Positions 13,670 through 27,400 of a stretch of DNA of 64,000 nucleotides are shown here, piece by piece; within the stretch, counting starts at the first letter, position 1, and each line of letters opens with the position of its first letter. The notes under the pieces are model-generated. The model did no database searches, had not been told where the DNA came from, and saw only the letters and a list, made by a program, of their open reading frames with translations. The DNA comes from Macrostomum lignano (lineage: Eukaryota), in the NCBI GenBank assembly GCA_002269645.1, contig NIVC01003188.1:49240-113239 (forward strand). Reading direction: 5' to 3'. The translations under genes were made by a program, and so were the position numbers.

Positions 13670-16600
13670 TCAATTTTTCTTAGCTAGTGGCAGCTGCGGC
13701 TTTTTTAGCTTTCCCTTTGGGATTTGCGGAGGACGCGAAGGCCCAGCAGCGCCTTGACCACTGTTGAATTGCTGCACCATGGCGTGCACCGACAAGGGCT
13801 GGCTGCTAGACGTGGCATCTGGCTTCGATGTTGTCGGCTTTGACGTCGGTTTAGCTGGTTTCTTTGCTGGTACAGGTGTCGGTTTTGACACAGGTGTCGG
13901 TTTTGGCACTGGTGTCGGTTTTGTTACAGAAGTCGGTTTCGGCACAGGTGCCGGTTTTGGCACTGGTGTCGGTTTCGGCACAGGTGCCGGTTTTGGCACT
14001 GGTGTCGGTTTTGGCACAGGTACCGGTTTTGGCACTGGTGTCGGTTTTGGCACAGGTGTCGGTTTCGGCACAGGTGCCGGTTTTGGCATTGGTGTCGGTT
14101 TCGACACAGGTGTTGGAACAGTTGTAGGTTTCAGCACAGATGTCGGTTTCGGTACAGTAGCCGGTTTCGACACAGGTGTCGGTTTCGGCACAGGTGTCGG
14201 CTGCGAATTCGACGCCGCCTTGAGCATCTGCTGAGAAATTGGCTGCACCACCGGATTCGGTCTCCGAGGCGATGATGGCACAGACCTAGTAGGTGACAAT
14301 GGGTTTCTGGAGGCTCTGCTCAAAGCAAAATAACAGAATTTAGCATAAGTCCGGCCCTCCCACACGATCTATCAAAGGCCTCACCTTGAAGGTGTCTCCA
14401 ACGGGCTGCTGATCTTGGGTCGAACGCTGGTCGAAACCTGCGCTGTCTGCGACGCCTTCACCGACGACGGTCTAGGACGACGCCGACGCCGACCGCTGAG
14501 CAGGCGCGCCAGCCTCGACACCAGCGGCGGCGGCTGCTGCCAGCATCGGCTGCTGCGGCTTCCTCCGCCACCTCGGACTGCAACGCAGGCAGCTGCGGCC
14601 GCTGCCGCCAGGCAAAGCAGGCTGATCAGAACTGCGGCTATGATGCCACCTGTGCTCAGACCACTTCCTGGCGGGCCCGCTGGTCCGCTGTCGATGCTAC
14701 CCCGTTGCCTGGCCAGAGACAATCGGGTGGATCAAAGCCGGCCGGGCAGTGGCAGTTGCCGCGCGTGTTCACCACTCCGCCGTTGTAGCAGACGCCGGTT
14801 GCGACAGTCCGGTTGCGAACTCCCGACGCCGACTGGCAAGCCCCGTCGAGGCACATACGCTCGCCGCTGCCTGCGCTGTCCACGTCGCAACGCGCCCCGT
14901 TCGGCACCAGATCCGGGCCCCGAACCGTCGGGCTGTAGTTGCACCCGACGGCGGTGCAGCTGCGGCCGCCCGACGTCTGCACCTCGTGGCAGGAGGCCCC
15001 GGGCCCGGAGGGAAACTGACTGCGAAGATTGGCGCACATCAGCTTTTCGCATTGGGAGCCGAAAGGCTGACCGAGCGGGCACCAGGCTCGCTGTCGGTTT
15101 GGGTTTCGGGGGTGAGTGCGTACGAGTATTGGGCGACAGAATAATTGATATATAGAGGGTAAAACAGAAGCGTAGAACCGTAGCATGACACCCCGGCGCA
15201 GACTCTCCAGTTTCTGGCTGACAGACGGCGTCCAACTGATGACTCACCCAGTCCAGGGCCAGCTCCTGATCCGGCTTTTTTGAATGATAATCAAAGAGCA
15301 AATTGAAGCTTATAAAGGACATGATTTCAATGCTGTCATCGTATAAAGCTTCGAGTCGAGGAGTGGCAACAATGCTTTGACAGCATGAAGTCCTCGTAAC
15401 CGACCGATAGGCATTCTACTGGCAACTCAGTCGCTATTGATTGGGATCAGTTACATTTGCTACCGATTTGTAAGAGCGTATGGCTACTGTATAACCAGTT
15501 ATCACTGTGCGCTTGTGCATGCATCCTCGAGCTCAAAGGAAGGTGCAGCAGGCTTCAGATCCGCGTCATTAGAAGGCAACCAGTCAAATATAAGTCTCAC
15601 TCACAGCGTCCTCGGCAGTTGCGCCCCAGAGCAGCTGGCAGAGCGCCAACGCTGAGCCGCAGACTCCGCCAGCGCAGAAGTTGCTACCGCACGGCGTCCC
15701 ATCTCTGGCGGCCACGTCGGCTGGGCAGGCGGCTCCGGTGCCGTCACAGAACTCGGGCAGGTCGCACTGGTCGACTGCGGCGCGGCAAACAGTGCCAGTC
15801 TGGTGCGGCTGGCAGACGGTCAGGTCGCAGCAGCGGCCGGCCGCGCAGGTGGCGTTCCCGGCTAGCTGGCAGGTGGCGGCGTCGCAGCAGACGTTGCTTC
15901 TGTTGGGGATGCGGAGGGGAGGGAGGGACTGCGTAGCTTAGCGGTAGACGCATCCGACTCTATCGCAGAGGGGAGGGAGGGACAGCGTAGCTTAGCGGTA
16001 GACGCATCCGACTCTATCGCAGAGGGGAGGGAGGGACTGCGTAGCTTAGCGGTAGACGCATCCGACTCTATCGCAGAGGGGAGGGAGGGACAGCGTAGCT
16101 GAGCGGTAGGCGCGTCTGACTCTATCGCAGAGGGGAGGGAGGGACAGCGTAGCTGAGCGGTAGACGCGTCCGACTCTATCGCAGAGGGGAGGGAGGGACA
16201 GCGTAGCTTAGCGGTAGGCGCGTCTGATTCTACCGCAGAGGGGAGGGAGGGACAGCGTAGCTGAGCGGTAGGCGCGTCTGAATCTATCGCAGAGGGGAGG
16301 GAGGGACAGCGTAGCTTAGCGGTAGGCGCGTCTGACTCTATCGCAGAGGGGAGGGAGGGACAGCGTAGCTTAGCGGTAGGCGCGTCTGACTCTATCGCAG
16401 AGGGGAGGGAGGGACAGCGTAGCTTAGCGGTAGGCGCGTCTGACTCTATCGCAGAGGGGAGGGAGGGACAGCGTAGCTTAGCGGTAGGCGCGTCTGACTC
16501 TATCGCAGAGGGGAGGGAGGGACAGCGTAGCTGAGCGGTAGACGCGTCTGACTATCGCAGAGGGGAGGGAGGGACAGCGTAGCTTAGCGGTAGGCGTGTC

Positions 16601-19600
16601 TTACTCTATCGCAGAGGGGAGGGAGGGACAGCGTAGCTGAGCGGTAGACGCGTCTGACTATCGCAGAGGGGAGGGAGGGACAGCGTAGCTTAGCGGTAGG
16701 CGTGTCTTACTCTATCGCAGAGGGGAGGGAGGGACAGCGTAGCTGAGCGGTAGACGCGTCCGACTGTAAAGTTACTTTTGTATATTGTAAAGTTATATTG
16801 TAAAGTTACTATGAGTAGTATTCGTGGAAACTGGACAGTGTGGCACTATCAAAACCAAATCCAACGCAAATCGTCACCATCTCACTAGGTAGATTTCGCA
16901 GCCACAAAATTGGAACTCACGAATCGCCGACTCCGCCGCGGCAGCCGCTCTCGCCGCCGCAGTCGCAGGCCTCGCCGGGCTCCAGGATGCCGTTGCCGCA
17001 GACGGCTGTCGGAGAATTCGCCGCGACTGGCAGGCGAAAGTCGCCCCAGGCGGTCGATTCCGGCCGCGGCAGCAGCAGGCAGTGCCTAAAGCCGGAGTCC
17101 AGGAAGTCCACCAGGGCGTCAACTGAGCAGCTCGACCAGCCGATGTGGCGCCAGTCGGTGATGGGGTGAGCAGTCGAACTCATCACGCAGGCTGAGGTGG
17201 GGCAGCCGCAGGCTCTGCCTGGATACTCGTCGTCGTGATTGACGCCCAGGTTGTGAGCCAGCTCGTGCGCCATCACCAGGCCGGTGGTGGCGAATATCCC
17301 GGATTTGTGGCTCGACTGAGTTTTATTAGGGAGTCATTGTGTTCAAATGAGTCACTGTGTTCTAATGGGTCATTGTGTTCTAATGGGTCACTGTGTTCTA
17401 ATGGGTCACTGTGTTCTAATGGGTCACTGTGTTCTAATGGGTCACTGTGTTCTAATGGGTCACTGTGTTCTAATGGGTCACTGTGTTCTAATGGGTCACT
17501 GTGTTCTAATGGGTCACTGTGTTCTAATGGGTCACTGTGTTCTAATGGGTCACTGTGTTCTAATGGGTCACTGTGTTCTAATGGGTCACTGTGTTCTAAT
17601 GGGTCACTGTGTTCTAATGGGTCACTGTGTTCTAATGGGTCACTGTGTTCTAATGAGTCACTGTGTTCAAATGAGTCACTGTGTTCAAATGAGTCACTAA
17701 GTTGCAATTAATCACAAAGCCATTGGGTCACTGTGCCAAAAAGATTTGGCACTTACCACTGAGAATCCGGCGCAATCTCTCCTTGAGCACATGGTCATTA
17801 GCGACGCGAGTCCCGTTGTGGAGCCGTAGTACGGCCTGCCACTGAAAATGAGTAGCACTCGGGAATTATGAGGGTGGTTTGTTGATGATGAATCCTGGAA
17901 GGGGTTGGTCGATGATGGATTCTGGGGGTGATTGTTGGATGATGGATTCTGGGGATAGTTAGTTGATGATGGATTCTGGGGATAGTTAGTTGATGATGGA
18001 TTCTGGGGGGTGATTGTTGGATGATGGATTCTGGGGATATTTAGCTGATTATGGATCCTGGGGGTAGTTAGTTGATGATGGATTCTAGGGATAGTTAGTT
18101 GATGATGGATTCTAGGGATAGTTAGTTGATGATGGATTCTTCGGATAGTTAGTTGATGATGGATTCTGGGGGCATTTAGTTGATGATGGATTCTTCGGAT
18201 AGTTAGTTGATGATGGATTCTGGGGGTATTTAGTTGATGATGAATTCTTCGGATAGTTAGTTGATGATGAATTCTGGAGGTATTTAGTTGATGATGGATT
18301 CTGGGGATAGTTAGTTGATGATGGATTCTGGGGATAGTTAGTTGATGATGGATTCTGGGGATAGTTAGTTGATGATGGATTCTGGGGATAGTTAGTTGAT
18401 GATGGATTCTGGGGATAGTTAGTTGATGATGGATTCTGGGGGGTGATTGTTGGATGATGGATTCTGGGGATATTTAGCTGATTATGGATCCTGGGGGTAG
18501 TTAGTTGATGATGGATTCTTCGGATAGTTAGTTGATAATGGATTCTGGGGGCATTTAGTTGATGATGGATTCTTCGGATAGTTAGTTGATGATGGATTCT
18601 GGGGGTATTTAGTTGATGATGAATTCTTCGGATAGTTAGTTGATGATGAATTCTGGAGGTATTTAGTTGATGATGGATTCTGGGGATAGTTAGTTGATGA
18701 TGGATTCTGGGGATAGTTAGTTGATGATGGATTCTGGGGATAGTTAGTTGATGATGGATTCTGGGGATAGTTAGTTGATGATGGATTCTGGGGATAGTTA
18801 GTTGATGATGGATTCTGGGGATAGTTAGTTGATGATGGATTCTGGGGATAGTTAGTTGATGATGGATTCTGGGGATATTTAGTTGATTATGGATTCTGGG
18901 GGGTGATTGGTTGATGATGGATTCTGGGGATAGTTAGTTGATGATGGATTCTGGGGATAGTTAGTTGATGATGGATTCTGGGGGGTGATTGTTGGATGAT
19001 GGATTCTGGGGATATTTAGCTGATTATGGATCCTGGGGGTAGTTAGTTGATGATGGATTCTTCGGATAGTTAGTTGATGATGGATTCTTCGGATAGTTAG
19101 TTGATGATGGATTCTGGGGGCATTTAGTTGATGATGGATTCTTCGGATAGTTAGTTGATGATGAATTCTGGAGGTATTTAGTTGATGATGGATTCTGGAG
19201 GTATTTAGTTGATGATGGATTCTTCGGATAGTTAGTTGATGATGAATTCTGGAGGTATTTAGTTGATGATGGATTCTGGGGATAGTTAGTTGATGATGGA
19301 TTCTGGGGATAGTTAGTTGATGATGGATTCTGGGGATAGTTAGTTGATGATGGATTCTGGGGATAGTTAGTTGATTATGGATTCTGGGGATAGTTAGTTG
19401 ATTATGGATTCTGGGGGGTGATTGGTTGATGATGGATTCTGGGGGGGGGTGATTGGTTGATGATGGGTTCTGGGGGTGATTGGTTGATGATGGATTCTGG
19501 GGGGGGGTGATTGGTTGATGATGGGTTCTGGGAGGGTTGGTTGATGATGCATTCTGGGAGGGGTTGGTTGATGATGGATTCTGGGAGGTGGTTTATGATT

Positions 19601-22600
19601 GTTAATGATAGGTTTTTGGGAAATGTTGCAACACGGGTTTTAGCTTCAATAGTTCAGCCCATTTGACTTACTTAAGCAGGTGAATGCAGTCGAATTCGAT
19701 GTACTCGGGAATTTGCTTAGAATACTTCTTCACCAAATCCAACGTGCTGGATGCGTTGTTGCGCTGATTGGTGAAGTCATAGCCGTACTTCGTTCTGGTG
19801 TGAATTTCCAAGGCGCTCACCACGATGTGCACATTGAACCGGCGATACATCTGATTTGGATGGATGATTTAATAGAGGGTTGGGTCAGTTTTACTACTGC
19901 TTTCAGTAGGCATTACTGGAAATTTAACCCAGCTAGGGAACTGGAGAGAGGGTTATATCAAATCACTAAGGATCGGGGAAGAGGGTAACATCAAATCACT
20001 AAGGATCGGGGAAGAGGGTAACATCAAATCACTAGGATCGGGAAGAGGGTAACATCAAATCACTAAGGATCGGGGAAGAGGGTAACATCAAATCACTAAG
20101 GATCGGGGAGAGGGTAACATCAAATCACTAAGGATCGGGGGAGAGGGTAACATCAAATCACTAAGGATCGGGGGAGAGGGTAACATCAAATCACTAAGGA
20201 TCGGGGAAGAGGGTAACATCAAATCACTAGGATCGGGAAGAGGGTAACATCAAATCACTAAGGATCGGGGAAGAGGGTAACATCAAATCACTAGGATCGG
20301 GAAGAGGGTAACATCAAATCACTAAGGATCGGGGAAGAGGGTAACATCACGGCCAAGTGGCTCGTCCTACTCACATTGTTCACAATGCTCACAATGCTCT
20401 GCACAGCGTCAATCACGGCCGATGAACTTGAGGCCTGGATTTGGTACTGAAAAATGCAAACAGGAAATGCGGCTCGGTTGCCAAGGCTATTTGTTCTGTT
20501 GCTAAGCAACCATCAATGGCAGTTAAATTTGGACCGATGCCTTAATTAGAATGTTTGAATTGTCAGGAGAGGTAGACGAGATTCGACCATCTTCCTGCCC
20601 TAAACCTGCCGTTGTATCTGTGCAGTCGCATTTGTATATTCAAATGAGTGCCCCTTGACTGCAGTGAGCTGATGTCTGTTCGTTGCCTATGAGGTTGTGC
20701 CTAATTCTTATACTAATATTAGCATACGAGCGTAATGCTAGAGGATTGTAGCCCAGTGGTTAGAGCGTCGGACTCACGAATTTAAGGTCGGGGGTTCGAT
20801 TCCCAATCCCACTGGAACAATTTGTGTCCTTGAGCAAGACACTTAACTCTGCATTGCTTCAGTTCACCCAGCTTTAAAATGGGTGCCAGCATTAGCTGGG
20901 ATAACTGAGGTTAGGTGTGACGACCCCCCAGTCCTTGGACTGAACAGCCGTACGCAGCCTTCAGATGCGCCGCGCAATAGCTGCGGCTGAGCTGTCCGTT
21001 GCACATCTGCCTATTAGGGCAGGTGTAATCAACTATTATTAATATATTATGTATGTAATGCTAATAACAACAGAAAGCTAACTCTAAGTAGTAATGTTTA
21101 TCAAAATATAGCCATCAAAGTTTGGCTTTGTAAAGTACTCGGTAGAGCACTCGGTAGAGCACTCAGATGAGCACTCGGTAGAACACTCAGATGAGCACTC
21201 GGTAGAGCACTCAGATGAGCACTCGGTAGAGCACTCAGATGAGCACTTAGATGAGCACTCAGATGAACACTCTGTAAATCATCCTTGAGGGCATTGAGCA
21301 GGGCACTCAATACCTAATTACCAATCAGCCCACCAGCTGTCACCGTGGCATTCAATCCGCAACTTACAAATCCGCTGTCTGCAATGATGTAGAGCTGCAA
21401 AATGAACGGGCCGTGTCGAGTCAGAACTGGCCGCGACAAGTCCAGCCTGATTGCCCGATTCTGGCTCACTGACCGCCGGCTGCGTCTCTGTTTGGCGATT
21501 TTAAAGCGATTTTACGTGAAATTTACTTCGGAGTACTCTGGCGATCTCTAGTGTACTCTGGCGATCTCTAGTGTACTCTGGCAATCTCTAGTGTACTCTG
21601 GCGATCTCTAGTGTACTCTGGCGATCTCTAGCGTACTCTGGCGATCTCTAGCGTACTCTGGCGATCTCTAGTGTACTCTGGCGATCTCTAGTGTACTCTG
21701 GCGATCTCTAGTGTACTCTGGCGATCTCTAGTGTACTCTGGCGATCTCTAGCGTACTCTGGCGATCTCTAGCGTACTCTGGCGATCTCTAGTGTACTCTG
21801 GCGATCTCTAGTGTACTCTGGCGATCTCTAGTGTACTCTGGCGATCTCTAGTGTACTCTGGCGATCTCTAGTGTACTCTGGCGATCTCTAGTGTACTCTG
21901 GCGATCTCTAGTGTACTCTGGCGATCTCTAGTGTACTCTGGCGATCTCTAGTGTACTCTGGCGATCTCTAGTGTACTCTGGCGATCTCTAGTGTACTCTG
22001 GCGATCTCTAGTGTACTCTGGCGATCTCTAGTGTACTCTGGCGATCTCTAGTGTACTCTGGCGATCTCTAGTGTACTATAGTTATCTCTATCGTATTTTT
22101 AATGTAACCCACTAGTAGCCTAGTTGCTGACTAATGTGCCTCACACAGATATATTAATGTCAATTTCACCTGAACCAGCAGGCCATGAAACAAGTATAGC
22201 TTAGCCTTGCCACATCTTAATTGAATCTAATTAAAGCCGTGCAAAGCTGGTTGCAGCCGCTTTCGCCACTATCAGATTTCAGGTGTGTGTGTGAGTGTGT
22301 GGGTGTGTGAAAAACCATGATGCATATGGAAAAGCTGCGCTCGTACTGGCTGCTTTATTGCACTCAGAATTAGACAGCACTGGCTAGCAACTTTCTGATG
22401 CTGAGTTAGCCAGCCTGTTTATAAATATGCCATGTTTACACTATTGACAATTCCATAGTCCTCTGCCAGAATAGCTAACGTACAGTAGCTGTGCAGGCGC
22501 TATTCGATTCAAGTTGAGGTGTCCAAGGGTTCTGAAAAACCTATTTGTCACAAAACTCGCGAGCTGTCTCACTGAAGAGTCATAGAGGGGTAAGCTGTCT

Positions 22601-24422
22601 CACTGAAGAGTCACAGAGGGGTAAGCTGTCTCACTGAAGAGTCACAGAGGGGTAAGCTGTCTCACTGAAGAGTCACAGAGGGGTAAGCTGTCTCACTGAA
22701 GAGTCACAGAGGGGTAAGCTGTCTCACTGAAGAGTCACAGAGGGGTAAGCTGTCTCACTGAAGAGTCACAGAGGGGTAAGCTGTCTCACTGAAGAGTCAC
22801 AGAGGGGTAAGCTGTCTCACTGAAGAGTCACAGAGGGGTAAGCTGTCTCACTGAAGAGTCACAGAGGGGTAAGCTGTCTCACTGAAGAGTCACAGAGGGG
22901 TAAGCTGTCTCACTGAAGAGTCACAGAGGGGTAAGCTGTCTCACTGAAGAGTCACAGAGGGGTAAGCTGTCTCACTGAAGAGTCACAGAGGGATAAGCTG
23001 TCTCACTGAAGAGTCACAGAGAGCTGTGGCGACCAGTCACTTACAGTATGTTTCAGTATTATTCATTTTGTCTTAGTTTTTAGACAAGGTAAAATTTTAC
23101 CAAAATCGCACTGGACTTACCAGTTGAACACTTCCGCCTAACATCTGAGCCACTTTTGACGGGGTCACTGGAATACGTTGAGTTGCGCTCTTTTGTAATG
23201 CAGTCACAATCATTAGTGAGCAGCACCTGAATTACCGCATCAGGTTAATTAGCCTTCACCCAAAGCTTACTTGAGGATATTCGTCTGGCCAGCCTCTCCT
23301 GAGCTGATTCAAGCTTCATCCTCTGCCACTTATTGTCCGCCACAGGGTACAGGCTGACCTGATAAAGCGGCCAGCTGGACCTGCCGAACCTCAACCTGTG
23401 CCCAGTGGGTCGAATATGACCCAGGTACGTCGAACTGATTGGCAGAGTGCCGCTGCAAGTTGGGCGAATTTGGCTTGCAGTCTGGGTCTCGTGTGTTTGT
23501 CTGTGTGTCTTTGTATCTGTGTGTCTAGTGTGTCTATCTGTGTGTCTTTGTGTCTGTGTGTCTAGTGTGTCTGTCTGTGTGTCTTTGTGTCTGTGTGTCT
23601 CGTGTGTCTGTCTGTGTCTTTGTGTCTTTGTGTCTCGTGTGTCTGTCTGTGTGTCTAGTGTGTCTGTCTGTGTGTCTTTTTGTCTGTGTGTCTAATGTGT
23701 CTGTCTGTGTCTTTGTGTCTGTGTGTCTAGTGTGTCTGTCTGTGTCTTTGTGTCTGTGTGTCTAGTGTGTCTGTCTGTGTCTTTGTGTCTGTGTGTCTAG
23801 TGTGTCTGTCTGTGTGTCTTTGTGTCTGTGTGTCTAGTGTGTCTGTCTGTGTGTCTTTGTGTCTGTGTGTCTCGTGTGTCTGTCTGTGTCTTTGTGTCTG
23901 TGTGTCTCGTGTGTCTGTCTGTGTGTCTTTGTGTCTGTGTGTCTAGTGTGTCTGTCTGTGTGTCTTTGTGTCTGTGTGTCTAGTGTGTCTGTCTGTGTGT
24001 CTTTGTGTCTGTGTGTCTAGTGTGTCTGTCTGTGTGTCTTTGTGTCTGTGTGTCTAGTGTGTCTGTCTGTGTGTCTTTGTGTCTGTGTGTCTAGTGTGTC
24101 TGTCTGTGTGTCTCGTGTGTCTGTCTGTGTCTTTGTGTCTGTGTGTCTAGTGTGTCTGTCTGTGTGTCTCGTGTGTCTGTCTGTGTCTTTGTGTCTGTGT
24201 GTCTAGTGTGTCTGTCTGTGTGTCTCGTGTGTCTGTCTGTGTCTTTGTGTCTGTGTGTCTAGTGTGTCTGTCTGTGTGTCTCGTGTGTCTGTCTGTGTCT
24301 TTGTGTCTGTGTGTCTAGTGTGTCTTTCTGTGTGTCTCGTGTGTCTAGTGTGTCTGTCTGTCTGTCTGTGTGTCTGTCTGTGTGTCTGTCTGTCTGTCTG
24401 TCTGTGTGTCTGTCTGTCTGTG

Positions 24423-24467
<45 letters not shown>

Positions 24468-27400
24468 GACTGTCTGTCTGTCAGCCTGTCTGTCAGCACT
24501 CACTGCAGCAGTCCGGAGCAAAGCGACGCAACCCCTGGCTGGTCAGCTGGTTCATCGGTCCTGTTGCCCACAGGCCACACGGAGAAGTGGCACTGAGAGC
24601 GGTGCCTAACGAAACCCGACCCCTTCGATGCGGAAGTCCCATCAGTCTCACCGGAAATTCTTCCGGTCTGTAGGAGTAAATTGGATCGATAGTTGAAGCA
24701 TGTCACCTGAGCTGCATTTTAGTAACTATTTGATCTTGTCAAAGGTGACGGTTTATCCGCTGCTGATTGACAGCTTTACCTCTTCACTGCCAGATAAAAT
24801 ATGTAGCGCCGTAGTGAAGGCATCGCCACCACTTCCAGGGCCAGGTTCTTGCCGGTGCCCTGAAACAGTTCAACATTTTTTGTCATCGGAATTGCTGCAA
24901 CTGCTTCCAGCTGGAATCCTTGCGGCTAGATCAACTGCTTCCAGTTGGAACCACTGCGAATGGATCAACTGCTTCCGAGTGGAACCCGCACTGCTTCCAG
25001 CTGGAACCCTTTCAAATAGATCAACTGCTTCCAGCTGGAACCCTTGCAAATAGATCAACTGCTTCCAGCTGGAACCCTTGCAAATAGATCAACTGCTTCC
25101 GGCTGGAACCCTTGCAAATAGATCAACTGCTTCCGGCTGGAACCCTTGCAAATAGATCAACTGCTTCCGGCTGGAACCCTTGCAAATAGATCAACTGCTT
25201 CCAGCTGGAACCCTTGCAAATAGATCAACTGCTTCCGGCTGGAACCCTTGCAAATAGATCAACTGCTTCCGGCTGGAACCCTTGCAAATAGATCAACTGC
25301 TTCCGGCTGGAACCCTTGCAAATAGATCAACTGCTTCCAGCTGGAACCCTTGCAAATAGATCAACTGCTTCCAGCTGGAACCCTTGCAAATAGATCAACT
25401 GCTTCCGGCTGGAACCCTTGCGACTAAGCAAATGGAATGAATCTGAGCTAATGGCATTTGCTTCCGGCCAGGAAACTACTTAAAGATTTTCTTACTGAGT
25501 ACGAGCTTGTCTGCAGGTTAATTACAACTTGAAACTATTAGTAAAATTTATGATTCAGAAATTTCTAAGGAAAGAGTTTGCAACTGCATCGGGCTAAGAA
25601 TTGAAGTACACATAAGCTTGCAGGCATTTTTCTGCGCTTTGCTTTTGAAAAGTTTGTAGCGGGCGGCCTTTGGCTGCGAGTGCAGTTTGGGTGCTGGCGG
25701 GCCCCGTGTTTCCGCCGCCTGTGTTTTCAACTTTTCAAGTTTGCAGTTGGCGGCTTCAAAACTTGTGCATTCGAATGCATCAATAGTGATTCTGGCGTTT
25801 CTGCGTTTTCAGCTTATGTTCTTGGCTGGAGCTGTTCGATTTCAGTGTGAGATTATCAGTGAGATTATCAGTGTGAGATTATCAGTGTGAGATTATCAGT
25901 ATGAGATTATTAGAGTGAGAATATCAGTGTGAGATTATCAGTGTAAGAATATCAGTGTGATATTATCAGTGTGAGAATATCAGTGTGAGATTATCAGTGT
26001 AAGAATATCAGTGTGATATTATCAGTGTGAGATTATCAGTGTAAGAATATCAGTGTGAGAATATCAGTGTGAGATTATCAGTGTGAGATTATCAGTGTAA
26101 GAATATCAGTGTGAGAATATCAGTGTGAGATTATCAGTGTGAGATTATCAGAGTGAGAATATCAGTGTGAGATTATCAGTGTGAGAATACCAGTGTGAGA
26201 TTATCAGTGTGAGATTATCAGAGTGAGAATACCAGTGTGAGATTATCAGTGTGAGATTATCAGTGTGAGATTATCAGTGTAAGAATATCAGTGTGAGAAT
26301 ATCAGTGTGAGATTATCAGTGTAAGAATATCAGTGTGATATTATCAGTATATATATATAGACGCAAAAAGTTAGATAGCTTTTGCGCGCACGCGCTCGCA
26401 GAACAGTCGGGAGGGGCAGGCCATGGCGGACTGGGGATCAAGTCCGATAGCCTGCAAGTCAGCCAACAGAGTGGTAATTAGCGTCACAGTTCTTCCTTGG
26501 CCGCGGCGCAGCCGCTCGGTCGGTTGGTGCAGGAGGACCAGCGCAAGCGGGTTTCGCTCGCCGCGACCGTGGCTCCTCAGACAGTGGCCCAGCAGCATCT
26601 GGCGGCGCCGGCGCAGGGTGACGCTCAGGGCTGGGACGCCGGCGCGAACCATCAGGTCTCTGGACGGCAGCCTCTCCGGGTAGTGCACGCCCAGGGCGTG
26701 GCGCAGCAGGGACCTGTATAGCGCGTCCAGGGCTTTCTCTCGCGTGGCGGTCATCGGCACTGCTTCCATGCCGTACAGAAGGATAGGCTCAACGGCAGCG
26801 CGGAAGAGGCGCACCTTCAGGCTGTCTCTTGCAGCAGAGTTGAAGACGTTCCTGAGAAGGTGCGCCGCACGCCAGGCCTGATTCCTTCTGTCGGAGACGA
26901 TGGAGTCGGGACTCATCACCAGGGAGCCGAGGTACCGAAAGTCCTCGCACACCGCGATGGCGTCTCCGTTGGGCAGATCTAGTGCCGGGGCGGTATCGCC
27001 CCCACAATGGCGCACCTCCAAGATCGTTTCCATCCCGAAGAAGGGGGCTTCTACAAGCCTGGACAACCAGCGTGGCATTGCGCTGGAATGTACCACGGCA
27101 AAGTTGCTGAATGCTGTGCTGCGCAACCGCCTCCTGCCAGGTCTCAACCCACTGCTGCTGAGTCTCCAGAGCGGTTTTCGGCCAGGCAGGTCCACCACTG
27201 AGCAGGTTGCAACCATCCGCTCAATCATTGAGGCCTGCAAGACCCGCCTGCGCTCCGTGTCGATTGTCTTCGTGGATTTCCGGAAGGCTTTTGACTCGGT
27301 GGCCAGGCTAGCGATTGCATGGCTGCTGTCCTACTACGGCGTCCCCCCTGCACTGGTGGCTGCGGTGATGGATCTGTACAGCGATTCCAGGGCATTTGTT

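Noticed and set aside
13764-14234. GFGTGV-repeat ORF on + (elastin/antifreeze-like)
   Set aside because: It is the antisense mirror of the PKPTPV ADAM tail, which is linked by splice sites to the TM exon.
22563-23025. Hammerhead ribozymes (CTGAAGA here; CTGACGA near 61080, 33720 and 4875; CTGATGA near 32335 and 40588)
   Set aside because: None has a closed stem II followed by GAAA plus stems I and III.
15920-25421. Tandem arrays as CRISPR loci
   Set aside because: The units are contiguous with no unique spacers, there are no cas genes, and the arrays lie in spliceosomal introns of a eukaryotic gene.
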